64,000 nucleotides of DNA, taken from contig CAVYSY010000032.1 of NCBI GenBank assembly GCA_963771175.1, positions 576,001 to 640,000 on the forward strand. The letters run 5' to 3'. The DNA is from an uncultured delta proteobacterium. Its GTDB lineage: Bacteria > Myxococcota > Myxococcia > Myxococcales > Myxococcaceae. The notes beneath the pieces were generated by a model, which worked only from the letters and a program-made list of their open reading frames with translations, had not been told where the DNA came from and searched no databases. The translations under genes were made by a program, and so were the position numbers. Below are positions 1 through 10,580 of this stretch, in pieces; position 1 is the first letter of the stretch, and each line of letters opens with the position of its first letter.

Positions 1-356
1 CCTTCAGCGGCAGCGTGACCGTCACCCTGACCAAGGACGCGGCCGTCACCCTGCCCTCCATCAACGGCCAGGCCGTGACGCTGGCGGACTTCAAGGCCAC
101 GCTCAAGGGCACCGAGACCAGCCCCGACGGCGCCTCCGCTCCCGCCGCCGAGGAGATCGCCCTGACGGACGCCAACGGCGACGGTGTGTTCGAGGCCCAG
201 TTCAAGTTCCTCGTGCCCGGCAACTACGAGATCAACTTCGCCGGCCCCGCGGGCGTGAGCTTCACCACCAACCCGGCCGTGCCGGCCGCCGTCACCATCG
301 GCTCGGGCCAGGACCAGACGCAGGCCTTCACCCTCAAGTCGGCCTCCGCCCAGTAA
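1..356 (+). CDS. 3' end of a secreted/surface protein (beta-rich, DANGDG Ca-binding-like motif); truncated at window edge
   Basis: Strong GC3 codon bias, stop at 354-356, followed by a terminator. Confidence 0.7.
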   Translation, partial: FSGSVTVTLTKDAAVTLPSINGQAVTLADFKATLKGTETSPDGASAPAAEEIALTDANGDGVFEAQFKFLVPGNYEINFAGPAGVSFTTNPAVPAAVTIGSGQDQTQAFTLKSASAQ

Positions 357-403
357 CAGGTGGTAGGAGTCAGCGAATCCCCCAGGAGTACCCCCTGAAG
401 TAG

Positions 404-448
404 CGGCCGGGGATACGGGACGGCACCGTATCCCCGGTCGTTCTTTTT
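404..448 (+). terminator. Intrinsic terminator
   Basis: 15-bp stem CGGCCGGGGATACGG/CCGTATCCCCGGTCG with 7-nt loop, followed by TTCTTTTT, between convergent genes. Confidence 0.8.
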
Positions 449-453
449 GGGGC

Positions 454-1431
454 TCAGAGAAGTGCGAGCTGCTTGGGCTGTCCGAGGGCGCGCGCGTCCA
501 GTCCCTCGCCGCGCAGCACCTGGGCCAGCTCCTCGGCGAAACCGTGGAGGGTGATGACGTCCCGGGCGCCGGTGGCCTTCACGTAGCGCACCAGTGACGG
601 GCAGTCGGCATGGTCCGACAGCGGGAAGGCCACGTCCGCGCCGTAGCGGCGACAGGCGCCCGGCCCATCCAGCGCCCAGCCGGTGAGGACGGCGGTGGCG
701 CGCGGCCAGAAGGGCGCGAGTGCCCCACCCCGCGCCAGGTGCGGCGGGAAGAAGAGCACCTCGCCCGGCTCGACGCGGCCCTCGAAGCGCCGCAGCGGCT
801 CGATGGGGACGCCCAGCTCGCCGTACAGCTTCGTCACCTCGTAGATGGAGGAGTGCGCCACCAGCGGGAAGCCGCGGTCCGCCAGGTACTTCATCGCCTC
901 CTGGCTCTTGCCCAACGGGTAGGCCAGCAGCACCGGCACCGCGCCCCGCTCCTGGTGTCGGCGCACCCAGGACTCCACCTGCTCCAGCACCTCCTCGCGG
1001 GGCGGGAAGACGTAGCGCGGATGGCCGAAGGTGGACTCGATGACGAGCAGGTCGCACTCGGCCACCTGGAGGGGCTCGGCGGTGAGCGAGGGAGCGAGGT
1101 TGAGATCCCCCGTGTAGACGATGCGCTTGCCGTCCTCGCGGATGACGCGGAGCTGGGCGCTGCCGAGGATGTGGCCCGCGGGCAGCAACTCCAGCGTCAG
1201 CGAGCCCAACGCGAAGGGGCGGCCGAAGGGGGCGGGCAGCGGAGCCTGGAGCGGACCCAGCCGGTGCGACATGAAGCGCAGGGTGGCGGCGGTGGCGATG
1301 GTGCGCTCGTGCCGGGCGATGTGGTCCGAATGCGCGTGGCTGACGAAGGACAGCGGGGACTTGCGTTTGGCGTCCAGGGACAGGGGCGTCCCCGTCAGGT
1401 GCAGTCCGTTCCTTCGCAGCTCGACGCTCAT
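454..1431 (-). CDS. MBL-fold/beta-CASP-type nuclease (ligase-associated DNA-damage exonuclease-like)
   Basis: SHAHSDH, AGHILGSA, YTGD, ESTFG and LSDHAD motifs; ATG at 1431 chosen as start. Confidence 0.8.
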   Translation of the reverse strand: MSVELRRNGLHLTGTPLSLDAKRKSPLSFVSHAHSDHIARHERTIATAATLRFMSHRLGPLQAPLPAPFGRPFALGSLTLELLPAGHILGSAQLRVIREDGKRIVYTGDLNLAPSLTAEPLQVAECDLLVIESTFGHPRYVFPPREEVLEQVESWVRRHQERGAVPVLLAYPLGKSQEAMKYLADRGFPLVAHSSIYEVTKLYGELGVPIEPLRRFEGRVEPGEVLFFPPHLARGGALAPFWPRATAVLTGWALDGPGACRRYGADVAFPLSDHADCPSLVRYVKATGARDVITLHGFAEELAQVLRGEGLDARALGQPKQLALL

Positions 1432-1547
1432 GGGAAGCGCTGGGTATAGCGGTTCCCGCCGGGCATGCACGCCTTCTCGTCTGAGCCGTCAGCCCGAGCG
1501 CCGGGCAGGCAGGAGGACGGGCCAGCCGCGCTCCGGTAGCGGGAGGC

Positions 1548-2480
1548 TCAGGCGCTCGCCGGGCGCAGGCGCCCGAGGAAGTGGCCCCCCAGCTCGGCCA
1601 CCAGCACGCCGGCCACGATGAGGCCACCGCCCACCCACTCACGCACGCCGAGCACCTCGTAGCCGAGCGCCACCGAGTACACCCCCGCGAAGACGGGCTC
1701 CATGGAGCAGATGAGCGCCACTCGCACGGCGGTGGTGCGCGCCTGCGCCCACGTCTGCACGCAGATGGCCACCGCGCTGGCGAAGAGGCCGCAGAAGGCC
1801 GCGGCCCCGACGAAGGACGGCGTCCACTCCACTCGGGCCCCAGTGAAGGGCAGGCAGAGCGCGGACAGCCCGGCCACCACCCAGAGCTGCACGGCCACCA
1901 GTGCCACCACGCCCGACTTCGGCGCGTAGCGCTCGGTGAGGAGGATGTGGAAGGCGTAGGCTACCGCGCAGCCCAGCGTCAGCCAGTCCCCCGAGGACAG
2001 GCCCTGCTCCGCCCCCACCTGCGCATCGGTGAGGTAGCGCAGGCCCACCGCCGCCAGCACCACGCCCACCCACGAGGAGGCGCGCGGCCTGCGCCGGAAG
2101 AGGGCCAGCCCCAGCACCGGGACGAACACCACGTACAGCCCGGTGATGAAGGCCGAGCGCGAGGGCGTGGTGGACACCAGCCCCACCGTCTGCAGCACGA
2201 AGCCGAGAAAGAGGAAGACGCCCAGCAGCAGCCCCCGGCGCAGGGCGAGGGGGTCGAGCATCTCGCGCCGCGCAATCCCCGTGAGCGCCAGCGCGCCGAT
2301 GCTGAAGCGCAGCGCGAGGAAGGAGTACGGGTCTCCGTGGCTCAGCGCCCCCTTCACCACCACGAAGGTGATGCCCCAGAAGGCGGTCATGAGGGCCAGC
2401 GCCCCGTCCGCCTGGAGGCGCGCACTGCCCTCCGGGTGGCTCGGGACGTCGGTCGTCATGGAAGGAGAGGTGCTGCTCAC
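1548..2480 (-). CDS. DMT/EamA family transporter
   Basis: About 10 hydrophobic segments, FWGITF and EPVF motifs; start GTG 2480 or ATG 2459. Confidence 0.85.
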   Translation of the reverse strand: MSSTSPSMTTDVPSHPEGSARLQADGALALMTAFWGITFVVVKGALSHGDPYSFLALRFSIGALALTGIARREMLDPLALRRGLLLGVFLFLGFVLQTVGLVSTTPSRSAFITGLYVVFVPVLGLALFRRRPRASSWVGVVLAAVGLRYLTDAQVGAEQGLSSGDWLTLGCAVAYAFHILLTERYAPKSGVVALVAVQLWVVAGLSALCLPFTGARVEWTPSFVGAAAFCGLFASAVAICVQTWAQARTTAVRVALICSMEPVFAGVYSVALGYEVLGVREWVGGGLIVAGVLVAELGGHFLGRLRPASA

Positions 2481-2497
2481 GGGATGTCGCTTTTGGC

Positions 2498-3439
2498 CTA
2501 CCCGCCGGGCCAATGCAACGGGGAGGCCCCCCCACCCAGGGTGAGCACCATCACCCTCCGGGTGCCAGCGAGCTCCACCTCGCGAAAACCCCGGGAGCGG
2601 AAGAGTTGGAACAGACGCGTGTCCCGGGTGGGAAGCTCCACCCACAGCTCCGACAGTCCCCGGGAGCTCGCCTCTTCGGCCAGGGCGCGCAGGAGGGACG
2701 CGCCCACGCCCAACCGGCGCGCCACGGGGGCGACCACCACCCAGCGAACCCGGGCCCTGCCCCCACTCCGTCCCGCCTCGCGCTCGGGAGCCTCGGCGTA
2801 CCCGAATCCCCAGGAGCGGCCCCTCTCGTCGAATGCCCCCACCGCCAGCCCCGCCCTCTCAGCGAGCATCGAGCCCAGCTCCGCCGCGGCATGAGGCAGG
2901 TGATGCCCCATGAAGACGAGCAGGGCCTCCTCTTCCCCGGGCCGGAGCGGGCGCACCGTCAGCGCGCCGAGCCACCGGGCCCGCCCGGACCGCGACCACG
3001 AAGACGTGGCCCACTCGCGCACTTGCTGCCGGGCGCCACGAAGCGCGGGACTCTGGAAGGTGGCGCTCCCCAGGCGCTGGGCGGCATGGAGGAGCGGGCG
3101 CGCGAGCACGGGGACCGGAAGCACCAGTCCCCGGGTGCGGACGCGGACGACCCGACCCAGCAGCTCGGCGGATGGGTCCTCGCGCCCCAGAAACGAGGCG
3201 GTGCGCAGCGGGGACGTGCTCGTGACGAGGTGCGCGGTCAGCCCTCCCCCGGCGCGGGCCAGCATGGCGATGTCTCCGGGCGCCACGGCCTCCGCTCCAC
3301 ACCGGAGCACCTGGACGGCATCGCCACTGCGCAACAGGGGCCACATGCTCCGGCCCAGCCCGCGCACCCAGAGGCGCGTGCCCGGGGGGCTCGCCGCGAG
3401 AAAGGCCGCCAGCTCAGCCGTGGGAGGACGGGAGGCCAT
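2498..3439 (-). CDS. S24/S26-family peptidase fused to C-terminal GNAT acetyltransferase
   Basis: N-terminal RGLGRSMWPLLRSGD...AHLV (Ser/His); C-terminal VAPVARRLGVGASLL...FRSRGF acetyl-CoA motif. Confidence 0.7.
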   Translation of the reverse strand: MASRPPTAELAAFLAASPPGTRLWVRGLGRSMWPLLRSGDAVQVLRCGAEAVAPGDIAMLARAGGGLTAHLVTSTSPLRTASFLGREDPSAELLGRVVRVRTRGLVLPVPVLARPLLHAAQRLGSATFQSPALRGARQQVREWATSSWSRSGRARWLGALTVRPLRPGEEEALLVFMGHHLPHAAAELGSMLAERAGLAVGAFDERGRSWGFGYAEAPEREAGRSGGRARVRWVVVAPVARRLGVGASLLRALAEEASSRGLSELWVELPTRDTRLFQLFRSRGFREVELAGTRRVMVLTLGGGASPLHWPGG

Positions 3440-4187
3440 GCACCCACGCATCGAGGAAACCCGCCACGGCCGGGTCCTTGCGGAACGTCAGGCGAAAACC
3501 GGGAACGGGCGCCATCAGTGCACCCAGCCGCGACAGCGTGCCGGCCCCAAGGCTCAGCCCCTCGGCATCTCCTCCCTGGAACACCTGCCCGAGCAGCGGC
3601 GCCACCAGGGCGGACGGGCGCACCGGGGTCAGCGACTCGGCCTGTCCCTTCTCCAGGAGCAGGAAGGCCCGCGACCGTGCCTCGGCGCGCGTGGCGGACA
3701 GGTCCGGATCCGAGCGAAACGGACTGCCGCACACGAGGCCGCCCGGCAGCAGCGCCACCACCTCGTCCGAGAGCAGCGCGGCCCGTCCCGACTGGACGCA
3801 CAACCGCGAGAGGGTGGACTTGCCGGCGCCACTGGGGCCCAGGGCCACCACCGCCTCTTCGCCAAAAGCCACGCCCGCGGCATGCAGGCAGAGACCTCCC
3901 TGCCGGAGGATGGCGAGCTGGAAGAGCGCACGCAGCGCGAGCTCCGCCGGGAGGAGTGACAGGGGCGCATCCGTCACCAGCCCGTCCTCCTCCACCCGGA
4001 CGGAACCGAGCGCCGGCTGCTCCGGCTGGAAGGGCCGGGCCCCCGCGCCCAGGTCGGACAGCCGCCTCAGCCGCAGCCTCGGTGGCTCTTCCGTCAGGAA
4101 GGGCTCGTAGCCACACCGAGGGAGGGCCGCGTCGAGGAGGGCCTCCTCGACCTCACATGCCCAACGGCCGAAGCGCAGCCGAGCCAT
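3414..4187 (-). CDS. HPr-kinase-related P-loop protein
   Basis: LHAAGV, Walker A GPSGAGKST, LLSDE. Confidence 0.75.
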   Translation of the reverse strand: MARLRFGRWACEVEEALLDAALPRCGYEPFLTEEPPRLRLRRLSDLGAGARPFQPEQPALGSVRVEEDGLVTDAPLSLLPAELALRALFQLAILRQGGLCLHAAGVAFGEEAVVALGPSGAGKSTLSRLCVQSGRAALLSDEVVALLPGGLVCGSPFRSDPDLSATRAEARSRAFLLLEKGQAESLTPVRPSALVAPLLGQVFQGGDAEGLSLGAGTLSRLGALMAPVPGFRLTFRKDPAVAGFLDAWVHGLPSSHG

Positions 4188-4196
4188 CCCGCGGAC

Positions 4197-4337
4197 CTAC
4201 TGGCACTCGGGACGTGGATCGTAGAAGGGATCGCAGTTCGTCGGCGCGAACAGGTCCGGCACGAGGATGCGCTCGGACCGCACCCGCGGAGGACGGTAGG
4301 GCTTCTTGGGAGCTGGCTGCTGCGTTTCCGAGCGCAT
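4197..4337 (-). CDS. 46-aa putative RiPP-type precursor peptide MRSETQQPAPKKPYRPPRVRSERILVPDLFAPTNCDPFYDPRPECQ
   Basis: Hand-translated; fills the gap between flanking genes (11 and 9 nt spacing); AGGA upstream; KKPYxPPxV leader motif. Confidence 0.75.
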   Translation of the reverse strand: MRSETQQPAPKKPYRPPRVRSERILVPDLFAPTNCDPFYDPRPECQ

Positions 4338-4348
4338 GGCGAGGTTTC

Positions 4349-7300
4349 CTAATACCAGATGACGATCTTCCCAGGGGTATCGAACGGGTCACCCGCCGCC
4401 ACGTCCGGCGCACCATCCCCGTTGAAGTCTCCCGTCACGACACCCACGCCCAGCGTTTTGATTCCCTTGAATCGAGACTGGTTGAAACCCTCTCCGGCCA
4501 CGGAATCGAACGGAGCCCCGGAGCCCCCCCGGTTGTAGAGGACCCAGGCCGAGGAGCCCGTAGTCGCGTTCTCGCCAGCGATGAGGTCCGGCAACCCATC
4601 CTGGTTGATGTCCGCCGAGGCCAGCGAATAGCCGAAGAAGCGCTTGCCCGTGATGCTGCTATCGGAGGCTCCCACGGTGATGGACTTCTCCGACTGGACG
4701 AACCCCGTCGCCCCACCATCCGGGAAGACGCGCAGGATGCTCGTCTCCGGTTGACTGACGACCAGGTCCTTCGCGGGTCCACCGGTGAAGTCCACGCGGC
4801 CCACCACGTCCACCCCGAAGCCGTTCTGGCCTCCGGAGCTGCTCGGGCCACGAGTGAGGGTCTGGAGTGCGTCCGCGACCGTCAACGTCCGCTCCGCCGG
4901 AGTGGCACCGGTGCGAGCCTCCAGGACGCTCCCGGGATAGATGTAGACGCGGTTGATCGTGTCGAGGGGCGCGGAGAGCGAGAGCTCCGGCTTGCCATCG
5001 CCGTCGAGGTCTCCGACGTTGGCCTGACCTCGCCGCCGGCCGAAGAGGATGGTCCCGCTCGCCGAGAGGGTCGCGTCTCCTTCGAAGATGCGATCCGCGT
5101 TGTCCACGGGCACGAAGGACACGCCGCTCTCATTGCCAGTGGCGGCTGCCACCCAGTCCGCCCGGGTGCGCCCGAAGAAGAGATAGACCATGCCCCGCCC
5201 AGCAACCGAGTTCTCCCGGTCGGCACTGAAGAGCACCTCGGACAGCCCATCCCCGTTGAGGTCCGGGAGAATGCGGGCCGCGAAGCCGAAGTTCGTCACG
5301 CTCACGCCAGCCCGGCCCCGGAACTCGATGGGAGTCGGATCCACCGGCAGGCCCGTACGGCCGAAGTAGAGGAAGGCCCGGCCTCGCGAGCCGGACCAGA
5401 GGGGCGCGCCCACCAGCAGGTCCGGTCGCCCCTCTCCGGAGGTGTCGCCCACGTTGCCCACCGCCACCTCGGCGCCGAAGCCCTGGGTGGCCGGCACGGA
5501 CGTGGGAGGCCACAACGTCAGGGGCGTATCGCTCGCGGACAAGGGGTCGGAGTAGACGTGGACGGCCCCCACGTTCGTAGAGCCCGCGTAGCTGGCCTTC
5601 GAGTCCCCCGTCACCAGCTCGTCCTTGCCATCCCCGTTCAGGTCACCGCTGGCCAGGACGAGACCGAAGAAGCCGGACGCGTTCGTGGGGTTGGTGAGAA
5701 CCTTGCTCGAGAGGTTGTCGATCGTCGGGCTGGAGATGGCACGGAAGGCCGAGACGTTGCCCACCTCGTCGCGCGCGCGGACCTCGATGAAGTACTTCGC
5801 CAGCGGAGGCAGGGTGAGCCGGTAGGCCGTGGTGTCCGCGGGCAGCAACGTCCCGGTCTCCTGCCGCACCTTGGGCCCGGAGTACGTGGCCTCGTCCGGG
5901 ATGCCCGTCTGCAGCAGCGTGTCGGTGGTCCAGCGCAGGTCGTATCCCACGGGAGTGCCCGTGCTGCCGTCGTCGCCGCTCGGCGTCCACGTCACGTCCA
6001 CCCAGGCCTTGCGCGCCCCACCGTCGGGAATCTTCGCGATGAAGTCCACCTGGGCCGGAGCCTGCACATCCACGGTGACGTTGATGGTGTACACCGTCTC
6101 GTTGAGGGCCGCGTCGCGCACCTTCAGCTCCAGCGGCCCGGCGGTGCCCTGCGGCAGGGTGAGGGGAATGGTCAGCGACTCGGGACTCATGGAGACCGGC
6201 AGCGACGCGAGCTCCGTGCCCCGATAGAAGACGCGCAGCCGACCCCCAATGGCCCCCGCCACCGTCGCGCCGGAACTCCGCATCCGCATCCCCGCCCACC
6301 GTGAGATCCTCCACGTAACCAGCGCCCGGCAGGTTCACGTTGGACTTGGACACATAGGTCAACGTCGTCAGTGCGGGAGAGACGGTGTCGAAGTTCGGCG
6401 GAGTGATGTCCACCGTGTAGTCGACGAAGTCGCTCGTCCGGTTCCCCGCCGAGTCGACCATCTCCACCGTCAGCCGGGACTGCTCGCCATCCGGCAGCGA
6501 CACGTCGAAGGAGAACTCGCCCGAGAGCGGATCCGCCATCGTGGAGCCCTGCGCGGTGCTGCCCTTGGAGAGCGACACCGTCCGGCCCGCGCAGCGCGTG
6601 GTGCGCCCACGCACCGTGGTCTGCAGGCCCGCCGCGCTCGCGTTCCCGTCATCCGCTCGGTTGAAGGTGACCGGGGTGCCCGCGGGCGAGGTGAGCGAGA
6701 CGTCGCAACCCACGAGCGTCACCGTCACCGCCGTCGAGAGCGCCGAGCCGACGTTGCCCGCGGCGTCCACGGCCTGCACCGACACGTCCTGCGTGCCGTC
6801 GGGCAGGTTCACGGTGCCCTGCGCCACCCCGCTCAACACCGGGAAGGAGCCCACCTGCTGCGGCGCGTCCGTCCCAAGCTGGGTGAAGACACGCACGTCG
6901 AGTCCCTCGCCGCCCACGACCTCCACCCGTACCGTCACCAGCGAGGAACTCAGGGTGGCGCCAGAGGCGGGGCTGACCAGCGTGAGACGCGGAGCGTCCA
7001 GGTCCACCTTCACCGGCCTGCCCACCGATGTGCCCTTGTTGCCCGACAGGTCCTGGGCCGAGAAGACGAGCATGTAGTCCCGCGTACCCGTGGCCGCCAC
7101 CGTGAAGTCGTGGGTCACCGCACGCCCCACGGGCGTCTTCGTCACCACCGTGCCCACGGGCTCCAGGCTCAAGGAGACGCCACCGGGGCCCACGTCGGCG
7201 CTCGTCAGCGCGCTGGCCCTGAGCTGGTAGTCCGGCGCCCCCGGGTCCGCATCGTCCGCCGGTCCGACCGTGAGCTTGCCCGGCGAGGTGGGGGTGATCT

Positions 7301-10212
7301 CGGGCACCACCCGGTCCAACCGGAAGGAGGTGAGCGCCACGGCGTTGACCGGATCCAATGGATTGGGCGGCACGGCGGCCACGGTCCGGTTCACGTTGCC
7401 CGCATCGTCCGTGAGGAAGACCACCAGCGAGTAGTCCGCCTCCTCGCTGGGTGGGAGCGCGGAGAGCGTCACCTCGGTGAGGTCTCCCGTGGACGTCGCC
7501 TGGCCGTAGAGGGTGTTCTTCGCCGCGTCGCGGACGTGGACCGGCCGGCCCGGGACCAGCCCGGTGGTGGACACGCGCAAGGACCGGGGCACCCGAGGGC
7601 CACTCCGTGGCATTCACCCTACGGTCCCCGTTGACGTCGCCCTTGAACTCGAGCGCGGTGACCTCCGGACGCCTGCCGTCCACCAGCAGCGACACGGGCG
7701 CGGACTCGTCGAGGTGGCCGCCATCGTCGAGCACCACCTTCAGCGAGTACTTCCCGTCCGGGTAGGAGAACAGGGCGGTGGAGTCCGGTACGCCGGAGGC
7801 CAGGGTGAACCAGCCGCTCCCGTCACGGCACGGAGTCGCCGCCGGAGTGAGCGCGATGCTGGTGCACACGTCCACCGTAGCCGACGGGGAGGCACCGTTG
7901 AGGCTGTAGGCCAGGGGATGCTGAATGCCGGGCGTGGTCGGGTCGCGATCCGACCCCAGGTTGTAGGTGGTGGAGGCGCCCGGTGAGGTGAGGGTGATGG
8001 CACCCGGCGAGGTGTCCACGGTGTACAGCGCGCTCGCGCAGGCCCCGGCACCGGCCCCGTTCACCAGCACCGCGCGCAGCACGTTCACGCCATCGGCGAG
8101 CTGCACGCCCGAGAAGGTCTTCCCGGTGTCGGCGTCCGTCACGGCGGAACTCGCCACCTGGGCGGTGTCGCGGAAGAGCTTCAGCTCACCCACGGCACCG
8201 GCGGAGAAGGCCAGCGTCATCGGCACGAGGAGGTTGCCATCCAGCGCCGTACCGTCGGCCGGCCCCAGCGTCCGGGAGGCATCCGGCGAGGCGAACGTCA
8301 GGGAAGAGACCGCGAAGGCCGAGCTGACGGGCACCTCCACCGAGGCCTCGTTGCCCGCGAGGTCCACCGCCCTCGCGGAGAACGAGCAGGAGCCGCTGGC
8401 GGGAACGGTGACGTCTCGCAGCGTGGCCCGGCCCAGGGCCTCCGCGCTCGCCGTGAGGGTGGCGGGCAGCCCGCAGCCCTGGACGAGCACCTGCGCGAAG
8501 GGCTCCGTCACCGCCTCGAGCACCACCTGGGTGCCGGGCAGCGGGGAGGTGTCGACGAAGGAGGGCTCGATGCGACCCTCGGGCGCGTCGCGCACGGTGA
8601 CGGCGAGCGTGGGAGGCGAGGTGTCACGGGACACAGTGACGGCCTGGCTGACAGCGCCCCCGGCACACGAGGCCACCAGCTTCCAGGCGCCGTCCCCCGA
8701 CAGGTTGAGCGAGACAGAGGCCGCGCCGCCCGAGGCCGTCCCCGGCACGTTCTCCGTGGCGCCAGGCCCCTGCGCGGAGAGGAGCACGGGCCCGTTGTTG
8801 TTGAGCGCCTCCACCCTCACCACCACCGGATTGCCACCGGCAGGCAACACCGAGCCCGGAGCGGGCTCGACGATGCGGCAGTCCGGACGGCCCGTCTGCA
8901 CCTGCGTCGTGGCGAGCCTGCACACCTGGGAGCCGGCCACGTTGCGCACGCAGGCCTTCACCGAGTTGGACCCCTCGGCGAGCGACAGGGGGAAGCGCGC
9001 CACCCGACCCACCCCACTCTCCTCCACCGTGCGCGCGCGTTGGGGCTGGCCGAGCCGGCCCGTCACCGTCGTCCACAGCTCCACCTCCGTGCCCACCGGC
9101 TGGTCGTCCAGCTTCACCACCGCCTCGGCCACTGCGGGCTGGCCCGCGGTGGAGGTGGTGACCTTGTCCGGCACCACCAGGACGGGCGCGGGCAGGGCAC
9201 TCGCCACCACCACCGCGAGGGGCTTCTCGGTGACGTTGCCACCGGAGTCCGTGATGCTGAGCAGGAAATCGTGACTGCCGTCCCCGGGGACGGTGACCTC
9301 CGAGAAGGTGGCCAGCCCCGCGCGCACCGTGGTCGTCAGGGCCGTGGCCCCCGAGCGCGACAGCGTCGCCGTGGCCCCGTCCTCGGCCGAGCGCACCACC
9401 GCCTCCACTTTGAAGGTGGGCGTGGTCACCGCGGACACGGGCGAGGCGAGGGCCAACCGAGGCCCCTCGGTGTCGAACGTCAGGCCGCGCGCCGGAGAGG
9501 TCACATCCCCTCCGGACCGCTTCACCACCGCCACGCACTGGGAGAGCTGGGCCTCGCGCACCGGCTCGGAGAGCGTCACCCGGGCGCTGGCCTTGCCATC
9601 ATCTCCCACCGTGAAGGGCACCGGCGCGATGCCGCACACGCCCGCGCACGAAATGAGGCCACTGGCCCGGCGCAGCCCCGTGGCCCGCAGCTCGAAGGCC
9701 ACCTGGTAGCCTGGCTGCAGTGGCTCCGCGTCATCCGCCTCGCGCAGCACCTGGCCCTCGACGGGGCTGACGATCTCCAGGCCCGGGGGCTCCACGCCCA
9801 CCGTCACGCTCTGGTTGTTCGTGGCCGTGCGCTTCGAGCCCTGCTCCTCCACCGACACCCGCAGCACGTTGGTGCGTCCCGGCAGCGTCACCCCGGGGAA
9901 GCGCACCCGCTGGCCCTCGAGCACCGCGGCCGGTCCCGCGCGCCAGTCCGACTCGCCCGCGAGCTGCACCTCCAGCTTCGCCGTGGACAGCGTCACCGCG
10001 CGCCCAGCCGAGTCCGCCGCCACCGCCACTACGTCGTATTGGAAGCCCTCGGCCGCCGGGTCCGCGTCATCCCCCAGGGCCAGCCGCTGGCCGTCCACCG
10101 GCTGTTCGAACGCCACCGTCAGCGAGGACTCCACCGGCGGCGTGCCACACGTACACCCCGCCATCCACAGCGCACACACCGCCAGAAGCCACTGCCATCG
10201 TGCTCGATGCAT
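4349..10212 (-). CDS. Giant lipoprotein (~1950 aa) with multiple Ig-like repeats and C-terminal FG-GAP repeats; two frameshifts (~7580, ~6272)
   Basis: Lipobox WMAGC; repeated D..GN Ig-like motifs; GDLNGDG/FG motifs; three ORF-track pieces join with single-base corrections. Confidence 0.75.
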
Positions 10213-10280
10213 GACTGCCCCTCGTGCCTCTCGGGTCCCCCCAGGGGACCCCGCGTGCCGGCCTTCGACCATCCCGGACC

Positions 10281-10580
10281 TCACGACCCGAGCACCAGCA
10301 CCTTCTTGTCCACCAGGAGCCTCACGAAGGTGACCGTGTCCTCACGGCACACCGCGGGCTCCACCTCGAACTCCTCGCACAGCGCGGCCACGATGTCGCT
10401 CAAGGTGCGCCGCCCGTCGACCAACTCGAGGATGCGCTCGGCCACCTCGGACACCTCGCCGCCCTCGTCCTCGAACGTGTGCAGGGTGTCGTCGGGGCCC
10501 ACCGCCAGCATCCGGTCTCCCACTCGCTGCACGCCCACGTCCGGGTGGAAGCGCGGCACCGCATCCATCCCCTCACCCAT
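10281..10580 (-). CDS. PqqD-family protein (RiPP recognition element)
   Basis: ILELVDGRRTLSDIVAALCEEFEV...CREDTVTFVRLL signature; start uncertain (10568-10595). Confidence 0.85.
   Translation of the reverse strand: MGEGMDAVPRFHPDVGVQRVGDRMLAVGPDDTLHTFEDEGGEVSEVAERILELVDGRRTLSDIVAALCEEFEVEPAVCREDTVTFVRLLVDKKVLVLGS

Noticed and set aside
4197..4337. Lasso peptide
   Set aside because: The leader is lasso-like, but there is no asparagine-synthetase-like cyclase or B2 protease in the window, and no Asp/Glu at core positions 7-9 if cleavage follows the Thr(-2) rule
2513..6304. 1263-aa plus-strand ORF, and similar long ORFs such as 23893-27201 and 60894-62870
   Set aside because: Antisense shadows of real genes in high-GC DNA; Arg/Pro/Gly-rich with no recognisable motifs
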